55,741 nucleotides of DNA from a virus (IMGVR_UViG_3300038436_000236:1-55741); one strand, 5' to 3'; shown: positions 9,167-18,670, counted from the first letter of the stretch. The notes: generated by a model from the sequence alone, not told the origin. Numbers and translations are program-made.

Positions 9167-10963
9167 ATGAAAATAGAAAATTTTGTTTGTGCTGATTTTT
9201 TGGGGATTAAGGCTGCAAGGCTTGGTTTGAAAACAGGGGTGCATCTTTTTGCTGGAGAAAACGGGCAGGGGAAAAGCTCTGTCCGTGATTCGATTTCCTG
9301 GGGATTGACCGGCGTGGTCCGGGGGCTCAAAAAAAACAAGGACTATGCATCTGTTGTCAGGAACGGTGCAAAGCGTGCGGAAGTTGCTTTTGACCTTTCT
9401 CATGGCGGTAAGGTTCTGAAAATTGATAAGAAGCGGACAAAAAGCACTTTCGGCGGCAATTCGGAAAAGGAAGTTGCGGACTTCCTGTCGGTGTCGCCTG
9501 GCGCTATTGCTGCGTGCCTTGACGCGTGGGCTTTCGGGCTGATGTCAAAGGCGGAGCGGGAAGCGATTATAAAGGCTGTTTTCGGTGGCGCTGGCGCTGG
9601 CGCTGGCGAAATTGAGGCTGTTCTTGTGGAATATGGGTTTACTGAAAAGTATAATTCATGGATAATTAAAAACATCCAGGGCGGGGCCGATATCTCTGCG
9701 GTCCATGAACTGGCTGTTGCTGAACGGATAGCGGCAAAACGGCTGCTGGCGGGTATCGAGCCCCCGGAGGAGATCCCGGAAACAGTCGAGATAGGCGGGC
9801 AGGCGCAGAAAATAAGTTTGCTCGTTGACAAAGATATTGAAAGCCCTTTTGCTGGGCGTATTCCGGCGTATCAGAAAAAAAGGGATGAGTTGTTGCAGAA
9901 GGCGGGGAGCCTGAAGGCGGGGGCTGATTTGCCCGGTAAACGAAGCGCTCTTGTTGCGAGGATGAACGCTTTCAAGGCTGAACGGTTCACGGATGCGCAT
10001 GAAAAAGAGCTGGCGGAGCTGCGCGGCGAGCTGATTGACAGGGATAAAAAGATTTCTGGGAATAACCGGCTGATCGCGGACACTTCCGCGAAAGCTGCGG
10101 GGCGGGCTAAAAATACTGCGTGCCCTGCGCCCCTGGTGTCCGGGGTTAATATCTGTCCGGGATGTGATGGGTTTTCGGATACGGACAGGGAGCTTGTTGC
10201 CGGAATGCGGCAGGAGAATAGTAAGCTCGTTGAGGAAAAGGAACGGATTGCCTCCCTGGAACGATACGAGCGGGCCTTTAACGAGATCCTCGCGGAGCTT
10301 GATGAAATCGACGCGCTTATAACGGCTGGCGGCAATGTTGACGTTTCGGCGGAGATTGCAGAAGTCGAGCGAGAGATAGCCGAGCTGGCGGTGAGAATAG
10401 ATAATTCACGGGCGGCTGATGAGGCTATAAAGGAATTTTTCCGTGCTCGCGATGCTGGAGTTGCTGCAGAAAACGCAAAGGCAGGACTGAAGGCGGAAGT
10501 TGAGGCGTGGGATAAAGTCGCGGCGTGTCTGTCCGTGGATGGTATCCGGCAAAAACTCAATTCTGGCGGGGTGTCTCTGCTCAACGGGCGGCTTGAAAAA
10601 TCGTTCGTAATGGTTGGCTTTGGCTTCCGGGTTGATGATGATTATGAGCCTGTCATTGCCGATGGTAGGCCATTTCAATTGCTCTCAACATCCGAAAAGT
10701 GGCGGGTCGGGGCGGCGATTGCTGAGGCGATCGCGTACCATTCCGGGCTGCGGTTTTTTTGCCTTGATGAGTGTGACCTGCTGGTGCAGGCAAGCCAGGG
10801 GCGTTTTGTGTCCTGGGTGCTGTCTTTGTCTCCTGACTATGATCAGATTTTCATTTTTGCATCCGCAAAGGAATCGCCGAAGCCGACGCCTATCGAAAAT
10901 CTCTATGTTTGGCACGTTGTTGATGGGCGTGTTGCTCCGGTAATAAACCAAAAAGCTGTTTGA
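9167..10963 (+). CDS. SMC/Rad50/SbcC-like ATPase
   Basis: Walker A GENGQGKS, long coiled coil with central Cys motif (CPAP..CPGC), signature-like LSTSEK, Walker B FFCLDE. Confidence 0.85.
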   Translation: MKIENFVCADFLGIKAARLGLKTGVHLFAGENGQGKSSVRDSISWGLTGVVRGLKKNKDYASVVRNGAKRAEVAFDLSHGGKVLKIDKKRTKSTFGGNSEKEVADFLSVSPGAIAACLDAWAFGLMSKAEREAIIKAVFGGAGAGAGEIEAVLVEYGFTEKYNSWIIKNIQGGADISAVHELAVAERIAAKRLLAGIEPPEEIPETVEIGGQAQKISLLVDKDIESPFAGRIPAYQKKRDELLQKAGSLKAGADLPGKRSALVARMNAFKAERFTDAHEKELAELRGELIDRDKKISGNNRLIADTSAKAAGRAKNTACPAPLVSGVNICPGCDGFSDTDRELVAGMRQENSKLVEEKERIASLERYERAFNEILAELDEIDALITAGGNVDVSAEIAEVEREIAELAVRIDNSRAADEAIKEFFRARDAGVAAENAKAGLKAEVEAWDKVAACLSVDGIRQKLNSGGVSLLNGRLEKSFVMVGFGFRVDDDYEPVIADGRPFQLLSTSEKWRVGAAIAEAIAYHSGLRFFCLDECDLLVQASQGRFVSWVLSLSPDYDQIFIFASAKESPKPTPIENLYVWHVVDGRVAPVINQKAV

Positions 10964-10973
10964 CGGTGCCCTT

Positions 10974-11771
10974 ATGAATTCGGATATTCGCCTTGCTGTT
11001 ACCTTTCGAGATCATCGGAAAATAAAAAAATTGCGGCTGATGATCGGTGATAGGGCTGTTGAGTATTTAACAAATTTCTGGCTGGGGGTGGCTACGGTCG
11101 CCCCTGGGGGGGAATTGATCGGGTGGGACGTTGACGACATCGCGCATGAAGCGCGGTTTGAAGGTAATCCGCAGGACTTTGTTGACGCGCTGCTGCATCC
11201 GCGTGTTCACTTGTTGGATATGCTGGGCGAAAATCATTATTATGTCCACGATTGGGAAGAGAATAACTCTTGGGCGGCTAAAGCACAGCGGCGGTCTGCT
11301 GCGGCTCGGAAGGCGAGCGAAACACGATGGTCTAAACGTGCGGATGCTGATGCTGATGCGGTCGCATTGCCATCGCAGTGCGGCGGCAATGCGCCGGAGC
11401 CTGAGAATGAGCCTGCAGAAAAGAAAGCGAGGAAGACATCAACGCCGAAAGTTTTTTTGATAGATGACGGGATGAGAGCGTATGCCGCGGGCGCTGGATA
11501 TGTCGGGGATCTTGAGTCTGAAACAGAAAGCTTTCTTATCTGGCATCGCGGGAAGGGGAGCAAGTTTGTTGACTGGTATGCCGCTTGGCAGGGCTGGATC
11601 AGGAAGGCGATGGATTTTGATAAATCAAAAAAAGTAGTTGATTTGAAAAATGGCGAAATGCGCAAGTGCGGGTCATGTCATTGGCTTTTTAAGTGTAAGG
11701 AACAGGGGAAAAAATCAAGCGACACGATATGCCAGGCTGGACTTTATGAGCCGATGGGGGATAAAAAATGA
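10974..11771 (+). CDS. Phage replication initiator (lambda O-like role)
   Basis: Directly upstream of dnaB; HRKIKKL..HDWEENN N-domain, low-complexity linker with 11-bp repeats, C-terminal DWYAAWQGWIRK. Confidence 0.7.
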   Translation: MNSDIRLAVTFRDHRKIKKLRLMIGDRAVEYLTNFWLGVATVAPGGELIGWDVDDIAHEARFEGNPQDFVDALLHPRVHLLDMLGENHYYVHDWEENNSWAAKAQRRSAAARKASETRWSKRADADADAVALPSQCGGNAPEPENEPAEKKARKTSTPKVFLIDDGMRAYAAGAGYVGDLESETESFLIWHRGKGSKFVDWYAAWQGWIRKAMDFDKSKKVVDLKNGEMRKCGSCHWLFKCKEQGKKSSDTICQAGLYEPMGDKK

Positions 11772-13087
11772 TGCGAAAAATTGTGCCGCCGCACAGCGTC
11801 GATGCTGAACTTGCGTGTATGGCTGTGGGGCTGCGTTCTGCTGATGCTATGGTTGATTTTGCGGCTGTTATGTCTGCTGATGATTTTTATGACCCACGGC
11901 ACCGCCTGATAGCTGCGGCTATGCTTGACGTTTTCGGCGGAAACCGTCCGGTTGACATGATAACTGTCTCGCAAAAACTCATGTCTGGCGGCGATATTCA
12001 GCGGGCTGGCGGCGCTGAATATGTCGCTGGAATTACCGATTGCCAGGCGTCACCGGGCAATATCATGGCGTATGTCGAGACGGTGAAAGAAAAAGCGAAG
12101 GCGCGGCGGCTGATTTCTGAGTGTGGGTTGATCATTGACAGGGGGTATATCGAGGATGACGTTGACGGCTTGCTGTCGGACGCGGAAATGGTAATCTGCT
12201 CTATCGGCAATGACACGTCAAAAAGCAATTTCGTTGATGTTCGTGCGATGGTTCCGGGGATAATGGACAGGCTCAACAACAGAATAAATAATCCTGGGAA
12301 GGCTATCGGCCTGTCAACCGGGTATGTCGATCTTGATAAAATCACATGCGGGTTGAATCCTGCTGATTTGATCATCCTTGCAGGACGCCCGAGCATGGGA
12401 AAAACTGCATTCGCCTTGAATATTCTCAAAAGTGTGTCTGTTGAAAACCATCTGCCTGCCGCTATGTTTTCGCTGGAAATGTCAAGGGAATTATTAGGGG
12501 ATAGGCTGCTGTGTGCGGTTTCTAAGGTGAATTCACAGAAAATCAGGACGGGGTACTTACAGGACAGCGATTATCCTAAACTTGATGCTGGATTCGAGCG
12601 GCTCAGGGGGGCACCTATCTTCCTTGATGACTCTGGCGACATTTCTGTTTCGCAGATGCGGGCCAAGGCGCGGCGGCTGAAAAATAGGCACCCTGACCTT
12701 GCTCTTGTCGTGGTTGATTATCTTCAGCTTATGCGAGGGAAGGGGGACAACAGGAACCTGGAATTGTCCGATATTTCGCGATCGCTGAAGCTGATGGCGA
12801 AAGACTTAAACGTTCCGGTTATGGCGCTGTCGCAGCTAAACCGGGAACTTGAAAAGCGGAACGATAAACGGCCGATCATGTCAGACCTGCGGGAATCCGG
12901 CGCGATTGAGCAGGATGCTGATTTGATCATGTTTTTGTACCGCGATGAGGTTTACAACAAGTCGCCTGATAATCCGCGCCGGGGGGTAACTGAGGTGATT
13001 ATAGGCAAGCAGCGAAACGGTCCTGTCGGCACGGTTGAGTTGATCTTTCAGGGCGAACATTCATTATTTCTCAATAAGGTGGCGTGA
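11768..13087 (+). CDS. dnaB: Replicative DNA helicase
   Basis: PPHSVDAE, AGRPSMGKT, FSLEM, VVVDYLQLM, LSQLNR, SDLRESGAIEQDAD, KQRNGP. Confidence 0.97.
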   Translation: MMRKIVPPHSVDAELACMAVGLRSADAMVDFAAVMSADDFYDPRHRLIAAAMLDVFGGNRPVDMITVSQKLMSGGDIQRAGGAEYVAGITDCQASPGNIMAYVETVKEKAKARRLISECGLIIDRGYIEDDVDGLLSDAEMVICSIGNDTSKSNFVDVRAMVPGIMDRLNNRINNPGKAIGLSTGYVDLDKITCGLNPADLIILAGRPSMGKTAFALNILKSVSVENHLPAAMFSLEMSRELLGDRLLCAVSKVNSQKIRTGYLQDSDYPKLDAGFERLRGAPIFLDDSGDISVSQMRAKARRLKNRHPDLALVVVDYLQLMRGKGDNRNLELSDISRSLKLMAKDLNVPVMALSQLNRELEKRNDKRPIMSDLRESGAIEQDADLIMFLYRDEVYNKSPDNPRRGVTEVIIGKQRNGPVGTVELIFQGEHSLFLNKVA

Positions 13088-13434
13088 TGCATATCTGGCG
13101 CAGATCGTTGAATAAAAAACATAAGCTTTGCCCTGCATCGCCTAGCCCTTGTCGGCTTGCTGCTGTTTTTAAAAACAAGAAATGCCGCGATTGCGGGGAA
13201 GAGTTTCACCCTACTGGAACACGGCAGGTCAGGTGTAAAAAATGCGCACTGGAGAGAGTTACTAAAAATCAAATGAAGCGGTTGGCGATGGTTGACCCGG
13301 ATAAGAATATTTTTTGGGACAGGTTCCCGGACGCATACGGCGACCCTTATTGCGATTTTGGGGAATACCATTGCGATATTGTCGAGCGTTTTGCGGTATT
13401 ACAGAAAAAAAGTGTTGACCTTGGCGCCTCATAG
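13084..13434 (+). CDS. Hypothetical zinc-ribbon protein
   Basis: CRDCGEEF..RCKKC; overlaps dnaB stop. Confidence 0.5.
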   Translation: MMHIWRRSLNKKHKLCPASPSPCRLAAVFKNKKCRDCGEEFHPTGTRQVRCKKCALERVTKNQMKRLAMVDPDKNIFWDRFPDAYGDPYCDFGEYHCDIVERFAVLQKKSVDLGAS

Positions 13435-13452
13435 TATTATGCATGGATTATA
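13405..13452 (+). promoter_or_regulatory. Putative promoter/operator unit, repeated at 18080-18127
   Basis: AAAAAAAGTGTTGACC-14 nt-TATTATGCATGGATTATA at both sites. Confidence 0.65.
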
Positions 13453-13486
13453 GGCGAAATGATTTTCAAAACTGAGTTGGCGAGAT

Positions 13487-13852
13487 ATGACGAAGAGAGA
13501 AATTAAAAAAATCCTTTCCGGGGTTGAGAGAGCGAGAGCGAAATCGATAAAGCTGCGCCAGGATGCCGAGTCTCTCAGGGTTGAGGCGCAAAAGGCGCTT
13601 GATCGTCTCGCAAAAGACTCTTGCCCGTTCAAGCGCGGGAAAATGTTCAAAGCTGCTGCGCGAAATGTGTGGATTAAACTATACACGGTAAATGGCACAC
13701 AAATGAAATATGGTGCTGTTGGTAATGAGTATTCATCGGCACCGTATGTCATGGAATGTCACAGGTGTAATGTCAATGGCGTCATTGAGAAGGAAAAGTT
13801 TATTTTCGTATATGGCACTGAAATTTGCACGGAATGGTTGCCGTGCGAATAA
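13487..13852 (+). CDS. Hypothetical protein
   Basis: ATG ORF filling the gap after the promoter/operator unit. Confidence 0.55.
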   Translation: MTKREIKKILSGVERARAKSIKLRQDAESLRVEAQKALDRLAKDSCPFKRGKMFKAAARNVWIKLYTVNGTQMKYGAVGNEYSSAPYVMECHRCNVNGVIEKEKFIFVYGTEICTEWLPCE

Positions 13853-13876
13853 TCAATTAAACAAGGAGATTTTGCA

Positions 13877-14887
13877 ATGAAATTACGTGATTTAGCATCT
13901 AAACGAAACGATCTGTTTATGATTGACCCGAGGTTGCTTAAGATAAAAGAGGGATGGAACGCCCGTGTGCCTGGTGATGAGCTGGCAAGCCATGTTGATA
14001 TGCTCAAAACGTCAATCAAGGAAATCGGCGTTTCGCAGCCTTTGACCATCGTTCTTGAGGGCGATGATGTTTTCGTAACTGACGGGCATTGCAGGCTTGC
14101 GGCTGTTATGCTGGCGATTGCTGAAGGAACGGATATCAAGGCTGTCCCTTGTCGGCCCGAGGAGCGCTATGCCTCTGAGGCTGACAGGGTGTTGTCGATG
14201 ATTACCAGGAACTCCGGGAAGGCGTTGACGATGCTTGAACAGTCAAATGTCGTCAAGCGCCTGGCGGCGTTCGGTTGGGATTCGAAGCAGATTGCCGGGA
14301 AAACTGGATATTCAGGGCAGCATATCGAAAATTTGTTGCGGCTGTCGGGTGCCCCTGAAGAGCTGAAAGGGCAGGTCGCGGCGGGGCATGTGTCGGCGTC
14401 AAGCGCTGTCGCGTTGCTGCGCAAGCATGGCGGCGGTGCTCCTGCTGTCGTCGCTGACGCCGTTAAGAAAACCGGTAAGCGGTACACGAACAAAAGCGGG
14501 AAGAGGGCGGAGCCAAAGCCGCAGGGAAGCGAGGTCAAGGGGGCTATGGCTGCTGCATTCCTGCGACCGAATGTCGTGTGCCTGTGCGGCTCATGCAGGT
14601 TCAGGGAAGAGTACGAGCAGGCGAACAGGGTTGAAACGCTTGCCGGTAATATCGTGCTGTCTGGCGGGGTGTTCATGGGGCCTGAAGAGCAGGCGTTAGA
14701 GCCTGACGTGAAGAAACGGCTTGATGCGCTCCATTTGCGGAAAATCGATATTGCCGATGAGGTGCTTATTTTGAATGTCGGCGGGTATATCGGCGAATCT
14801 ACGCGGGAAGAGATCGAATATGCTAAGAAAAATTTTAAAAGTGTCCGGTATCTTGAACAGGTCCAGGCTGAAGGGGGTGACAAATGA
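13877..14887 (+). CDS. ParB/Srx N-terminal domain and HTH fused to a C-terminal nucleoside deoxyribosyltransferase/DUF4406-like domain
   Basis: SIKEIGVSQPL..VTDGHCRLAA; C-terminal VCLCGSCRF..LHLRKIDIADEVLILNVGGYIGESTREEIEYA. Confidence 0.7.
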   Translation: MKLRDLASKRNDLFMIDPRLLKIKEGWNARVPGDELASHVDMLKTSIKEIGVSQPLTIVLEGDDVFVTDGHCRLAAVMLAIAEGTDIKAVPCRPEERYASEADRVLSMITRNSGKALTMLEQSNVVKRLAAFGWDSKQIAGKTGYSGQHIENLLRLSGAPEELKGQVAAGHVSASSAVALLRKHGGGAPAVVADAVKKTGKRYTNKSGKRAEPKPQGSEVKGAMAAAFLRPNVVCLCGSCRFREEYEQANRVETLAGNIVLSGGVFMGPEEQALEPDVKKRLDALHLRKIDIADEVLILNVGGYIGESTREEIEYAKKNFKSVRYLEQVQAEGGDK

Positions 14888-15039
14888 GCGTTGGTGCAGA
14901 AAAAAGGCAAGAGGGGTACGAGGCATGCTTTGACGGGAGCGGTGATGACGAAAACCCCTATGTGCCTGGCACAGATGAGCATGCGTCATGGAATGATGGT
15001 TGGTATGAGTGCCAGGAAGAAATGGGAATTGACGACTGA
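14884..15039 (+). CDS. Rmf/CrpP-like small protein (51 aa, not in the ORF track)
   Basis: Manual translation MSVGAEKRQEGYEACFDGSGDDENPYVPGTDEHASWNDGWYECQEEMGIDD; G..A..G..NPY..W..GW pattern; ATGA overlap with upstream stop. Confidence 0.6.
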   Translation: MSVGAEKRQEGYEACFDGSGDDENPYVPGTDEHASWNDGWYECQEEMGIDD

Positions 15040-15051
15040 ACGGGGTGGGTG

Positions 15052-15417
15052 ATGTGGCTATTTACGAAACAAGGTTTTTTCTCTGTTGTCCATAAGGATT
15101 GTGCGCATGACGAAGTTGTCGTCAGGGCGCGGGTGAGGGCGGACCTTGACGGTTTGCTGCGGGTGGCGAAAGTTAAGGGCCGGATTTTGTCGCATACTGG
15201 CACAGATTACCCGTTTCGCGTGATTATGAAGAGGTCCGATTTTTCTGTATATCTGATTGAGTACTGTATCGACCTTAATTACTCGAATTTCAAGGACACT
15301 ATTTCTGCTGCTGATGATGACAGGCATAGCGTTTATTGCTCTGTCTGGTATTCGCTGCTGCGGCTGTATTCTGTCGCCAAGGGGAAATCAGGGCGGAAAC
15401 CTATAATTCATGTATAA
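15052..15417 (+). CDS. Conserved hypothetical phage protein
   Basis: MWLFTKQGFFSVV..VRAR..TDYPFR..YSNFK pattern. Confidence 0.65.
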   Translation: MWLFTKQGFFSVVHKDCAHDEVVVRARVRADLDGLLRVAKVKGRILSHTGTDYPFRVIMKRSDFSVYLIEYCIDLNYSNFKDTISAADDDRHSVYCSVWYSLLRLYSVAKGKSGRKPIIHV

Positions 15418-15419
15418 TA
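15402..15419. promoter_or_regulatory. 18-bp operator copy TATAATTCATGTATAATA
   Basis: 15/18 match to the perfect palindrome; upstream of the ssb leader. Confidence 0.6.
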
Positions 15420-15575
15420 TGTTTGCAGCCCTAGCGGGAAGTGGGCGATAACCACCGCATCAAGCGACGTATATCTCCTAGATTGTCCTAAAAAAAAGCG
15501 GGCGCTTGGCGTTCCCCCGGTACGAGAACCGGGGTTTATTTTCAAATCAAATATTAATTTCTTTGGGGAGGAATC

Positions 15576-15989
15576 ATGCTGAACAAGATCCAGATAATCG
15601 GTCGGCTCGGGCGCGATCCGGAAGTAAGATATACGCAGAGCGGGACGGCGATTGCCAATTTTTCTGTTGCTACCACTGAAAAATATAAGGGAAGCGACGG
15701 GAACATGGTTGAAAACACCGAATGGCATAAGGTCGTCGCGTTCGGGCGGTTGGGCGAGGTCTGCGGCGAGTATCTCGCAAAGGGCTCTTTGGTATATGCA
15801 GAGGGGAAAGTTCAGACCCGTGAATGGGAAGATAAGGACGGCGGGAAACGGTATACAACTGAAATTGTTATTCGGGAAATGAAAATGCTGTCAGGAAAAG
15901 GCGAATCGTCGGGAGGTGGCCGTGGTGATAATCGAGGCGAGGGCCGAGGCGATTCTGAGCCTCAAAATTACGAAGATGTCCCGTTTTGA
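15576..15989 (+). CDS. ssb: Single-stranded DNA-binding protein
   Basis: LNKIQIIGRLGRDPEVR..TEWHKVV..KGSLVYAEG; acidic tail ending EDVPF. Confidence 0.97.
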   Translation: MLNKIQIIGRLGRDPEVRYTQSGTAIANFSVATTEKYKGSDGNMVENTEWHKVVAFGRLGEVCGEYLAKGSLVYAEGKVQTREWEDKDGGKRYTTEIVIREMKMLSGKGESSGGGRGDNRGEGRGDSEPQNYEDVPF

Positions 15990-15990
15990 T

Positions 15991-16437
15991 ATGATGCCTA
16001 ATAATTTTGAGTTACGGTTTGATGTCGTTAATGATGGAGAGCAAGCGGCTGGAATTGCCGCCTATAATGACACCGTGGCGGTAACGGTCGAAAGCGGCGA
16101 TCCTGGCGGAGAGATAGGCGAGTTCGCCGAATATATGCGCGGTTGTCTTGCCGAATGGTTTGACGGCGCAAAAGTCACGTTGGAAAAAGGGAGCACAAAC
16201 GGAGAGCGAGAAGGGCGCGGCGGAAGCAAAGAGGAGTCGCGGTTAGTCGTCGCTGGTTGGCTGGTGACATGGGGGCTCGGCGGATACTCATTTTTCATGC
16301 GCGAAAGCTTTGCTCATCTTAAAAAAGATGAAGTCTTGTGCGCCGGATTCGGTGATTGCGAGATTGCCCAATTGTTCAAGATGAAAGATTCAGGCGCGCC
16401 AAAGGGGAATGAACGTGAAAAAAATATTATGCCTTGA
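15991..16437 (+). CDS. Hypothetical protein
   Basis: ATG directly after ssb stop; same-strand operon packing. Confidence 0.5.
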   Translation: MMPNNFELRFDVVNDGEQAAGIAAYNDTVAVTVESGDPGGEIGEFAEYMRGCLAEWFDGAKVTLEKGSTNGEREGRGGSKEESRLVVAGWLVTWGLGGYSFFMRESFAHLKKDEVLCAGFGDCEIAQLFKMKDSGAPKGNEREKNIMP

Positions 16438-16855
16438 CCTCGGCACAAAAACGGGTTGGGCGTCGAATCGCGGGTCAGGGACTATGACGTTTGCGAATGG
16501 ACGGTTTGAGGGCGGCGGCATGCGCTATCTCAGGTTTGAGAACTGGTTAAACGAAATGCTTGCCATGGAAAAGCCTACGGCGGTTTATTTTGAGGAGGTG
16601 CGTCGTCATATCGGCACTGATGCCGGGCATGTTTACGGCGGGTTCATGTCAATCCTGACTGCGTGGTGTGAAAAGCATAAAATCCCATATGCCGGGGTGC
16701 CTGTCGGGACTATTAAGAAACACGCTACCGGAAAGGGGAACAGCGGGAAGCCTGAAATGATGGCGGCGTATTTAAAAAAATATGGGGTGTCGCCGCAGGA
16801 TGACAACGAATGCGACGCACGGTTTATATTCGACTATGCGTCAAAGAATATGTGA
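16409..16855 (+). CDS. RuvC-like Holliday junction resolvase
   Basis: LCLDLGTKTGWA, VYFEEV, VGTIKKHATGKGN, DDNECDA acidic motifs. Confidence 0.85.
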   Translation: MNVKKILCLDLGTKTGWASNRGSGTMTFANGRFEGGGMRYLRFENWLNEMLAMEKPTAVYFEEVRRHIGTDAGHVYGGFMSILTAWCEKHKIPYAGVPVGTIKKHATGKGNSGKPEMMAAYLKKYGVSPQDDNECDARFIFDYASKNM

Positions 16856-16862
16856 GTGCGTT

Positions 16863-17174
16863 ATGGGAAAGGCGAATGCTGAAAATAATCTGAAAATATG
16901 GAAGTGGGCCACGGGCGGACAGCTCTCTGCTGACTCTGCGATCCCTGATTACGGAAACTCGCCCGATGCCGCCTACTCTCTGCTGGATGTGTTGATCAAG
17001 AAAAATTTCAAGGTCGAACTACAGCACGAAGGTGTGGGCGATGGCTGGTGGTGTATAGTTGAGGGAGTTATCGGCGATCAATATCGCAAGCTGTGCGGTT
17101 GCCGCTTGTCTCTCCCTGCCGCAATTGCAGATGTTGCAAAAACAATTGCCGACATTGAGGCATCCGCAGAATAA
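16863..17174 (+). CDS. Phage ABA-sandwich-like protein
   Basis: IPDYGNSPDAAYSLL..LPAAIA pattern. Confidence 0.5.
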   Translation: MGKANAENNLKIWKWATGGQLSADSAIPDYGNSPDAAYSLLDVLIKKNFKVELQHEGVGDGWWCIVEGVIGDQYRKLCGCRLSLPAAIADVAKTIADIEASAE

Positions 17175-17644
17175 TGTCATCAAAAAGCGTTAAGCAGGCA
17201 ATGGCGATCCTGGCAGCGTGCCATGGTGCGCTTTTGGGTATAAAGGACGATTGCTCATTAGGGGCTCAGGAAGTGGTCAAGGCGCTTGATAGCGCCCTCG
17301 CCGCTGCTGACTGCGCAATGAGGCTTTATCCTGGCGCTGTGGTCAAGGATGAGCGCGCAGACGGCAAATGGATCATAGAGCGGATGCTGAGGTGGAAAAA
17401 GAGTATAGAGAGCGTTCCACGGGAGTTTGAATATTTTGTGCTGGTGTCAATTGCTCATCAGTGCGTCGTTGATCTGCTCGGGAAGGTGCGGGACAAGAAA
17501 AAGATTTTCCTGCTTGAGCCTCTTCTGCAGGCTTTGCAGCATATGTCTGATTTTTCGGACCCGCTTGGTCGAAATATCGCGGCTTTCGAGTGCGCAGAAT
17601 CTGCGCTTCGGGAGCTGTATACACAGGTTGATTTCCAACCGTAA
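17174..17644 (+). CDS. Hypothetical protein
   Basis: TAATG coupling to upstream gene. Confidence 0.6.
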   Translation: MSSKSVKQAMAILAACHGALLGIKDDCSLGAQEVVKALDSALAAADCAMRLYPGAVVKDERADGKWIIERMLRWKKSIESVPREFEYFVLVSIAHQCVVDLLGKVRDKKKIFLLEPLLQALQHMSDFSDPLGRNIAAFECAESALRELYTQVDFQP

Positions 17645-17672
17645 ACACTCAAAAAAAAGGAATGGTTTGACA

Positions 17673-18011
17673 ATGTATAAAGTGTTATCAGCCCGGAATC
17701 ATAAGGAACTTGAGACACAGGTGAACTCTGTTTGCGAAAACGGTTTTCAGCCAACTGGCGGGATTGCAATCATTGCGGGGCCGCTCAATTCTGCTTTTTT
17801 CTTTCAGGCTGTCGTGTCGGTGCCGCCTGCTGATCTGCCGGTTGCGGTTGAACTCCCTGCGTGGTCGGCTGAAATCCCCGTTGAAACTGACAGCGAAAAC
17901 ATGCGCGATGCTCTTTCCCCCCATGAGCTTTCCCCCCAGCATGAAGACGCGGCGAGTGCTGACGCGGGGAGTGCTGACGCGGTGAAAACGGAGAAAAAAA
18001 CGAAAAAATAA
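17673..18011 (+). CDS. DUF1737-like protein with low-complexity tail
   Basis: YKVL..ELETQVN..GFQPTGGI..FFQAVV. Confidence 0.6.
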   Translation: MYKVLSARNHKELETQVNSVCENGFQPTGGIAIIAGPLNSAFFFQAVVSVPPADLPVAVELPAWSAEIPVETDSENMRDALSPHELSPQHEDAASADAGSADAVKTEKKTKK

Positions 18012-18035
18012 GCAGGTTTTTGGCTTGCAGAAATG

Positions 18036-18066
18036 GGGTTCCCCTTGTCGGGGGAGCCCTTTTTTT
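18036..18066 (+). terminator. Rho-independent terminator
   Basis: GGGTTCCCC-loop-GGGGAGCCC followed by T7. Confidence 0.75.
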
Positions 18067-18079
18067 GTTTGGGCTATAG

Positions 18080-18127
18080 AAAAAAAGTGTTGACCGTTTC
18101 ACCTGATGGTATTATGCATGGATTATA
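18080..18127 (+). promoter_or_regulatory. Second copy of the promoter/operator unit
   Basis: TTGACC 18090-18095; operator 18110-18127 identical to 13435-13452. Confidence 0.65.
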
Positions 18128-18165
18128 TGAAGCGCATCTTCAATAAAAAAAACAACGGTGAGATT

Positions 18166-18390
18166 ATGAAAAAAATTACTGCAAAGAAAATAAATGCTTC
18201 TATTGACGAAATAGAAGAGCTGGCCTCTTCCATTGAAGAGGTAATTGCCGAACTGCAAGAATCGCTAGATAATCGCACCGACAAATACCGGGAAAGCGAA
18301 AAGGGAGAATCTGCCCAGGAAGAAATAGATAAGCTCCAGGACCTTATCGACTCTCTCTCTTATGTCGGAGATTATAGAATAGATGACTAA
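18166..18390 (+). CDS. Small acidic coiled-coil protein
   Basis: D/E-rich 74-aa ORF, first gene after the promoter. Confidence 0.6.
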   Translation: MKKITAKKINASIDEIEELASSIEEVIAELQESLDNRTDKYRESEKGESAQEEIDKLQDLIDSLSYVGDYRIDD

Positions 18391-18670
18391 ATATGATTAT
18401 TACCTGCACAAAAGTCTTGGATTTGCCGGGGATTATTTCGGGGAAATAGGCCCGCCATTCAAGGTTTCTATGCTCCGATTTTATATATTTAAGTTGTTCA
18501 GATATCGAGCAACAAGGGTGCCGACTGGTTCAAAAAAACTGACTCTTACTGTCCAGAGTTTGATCAATGATAATTGCTCCATTGTCTCATACAAAGCGGA
18601 AAGGCTGTTGGCTGAAGCAGGGGTACGAATAGAATTAATCGCAACGGGAGGGAATAATGACAATACCTGA
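18383..18670 (+). CDS. Hypothetical protein
   Basis: Overlapping operon packing. Confidence 0.45.
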   Translation: MTKYDYYLHKSLGFAGDYFGEIGPPFKVSMLRFYIFKLFRYRATRVPTGSKKLTLTVQSLINDNCSIVSYKAERLLAEAGVRIELIATGGNNDNT

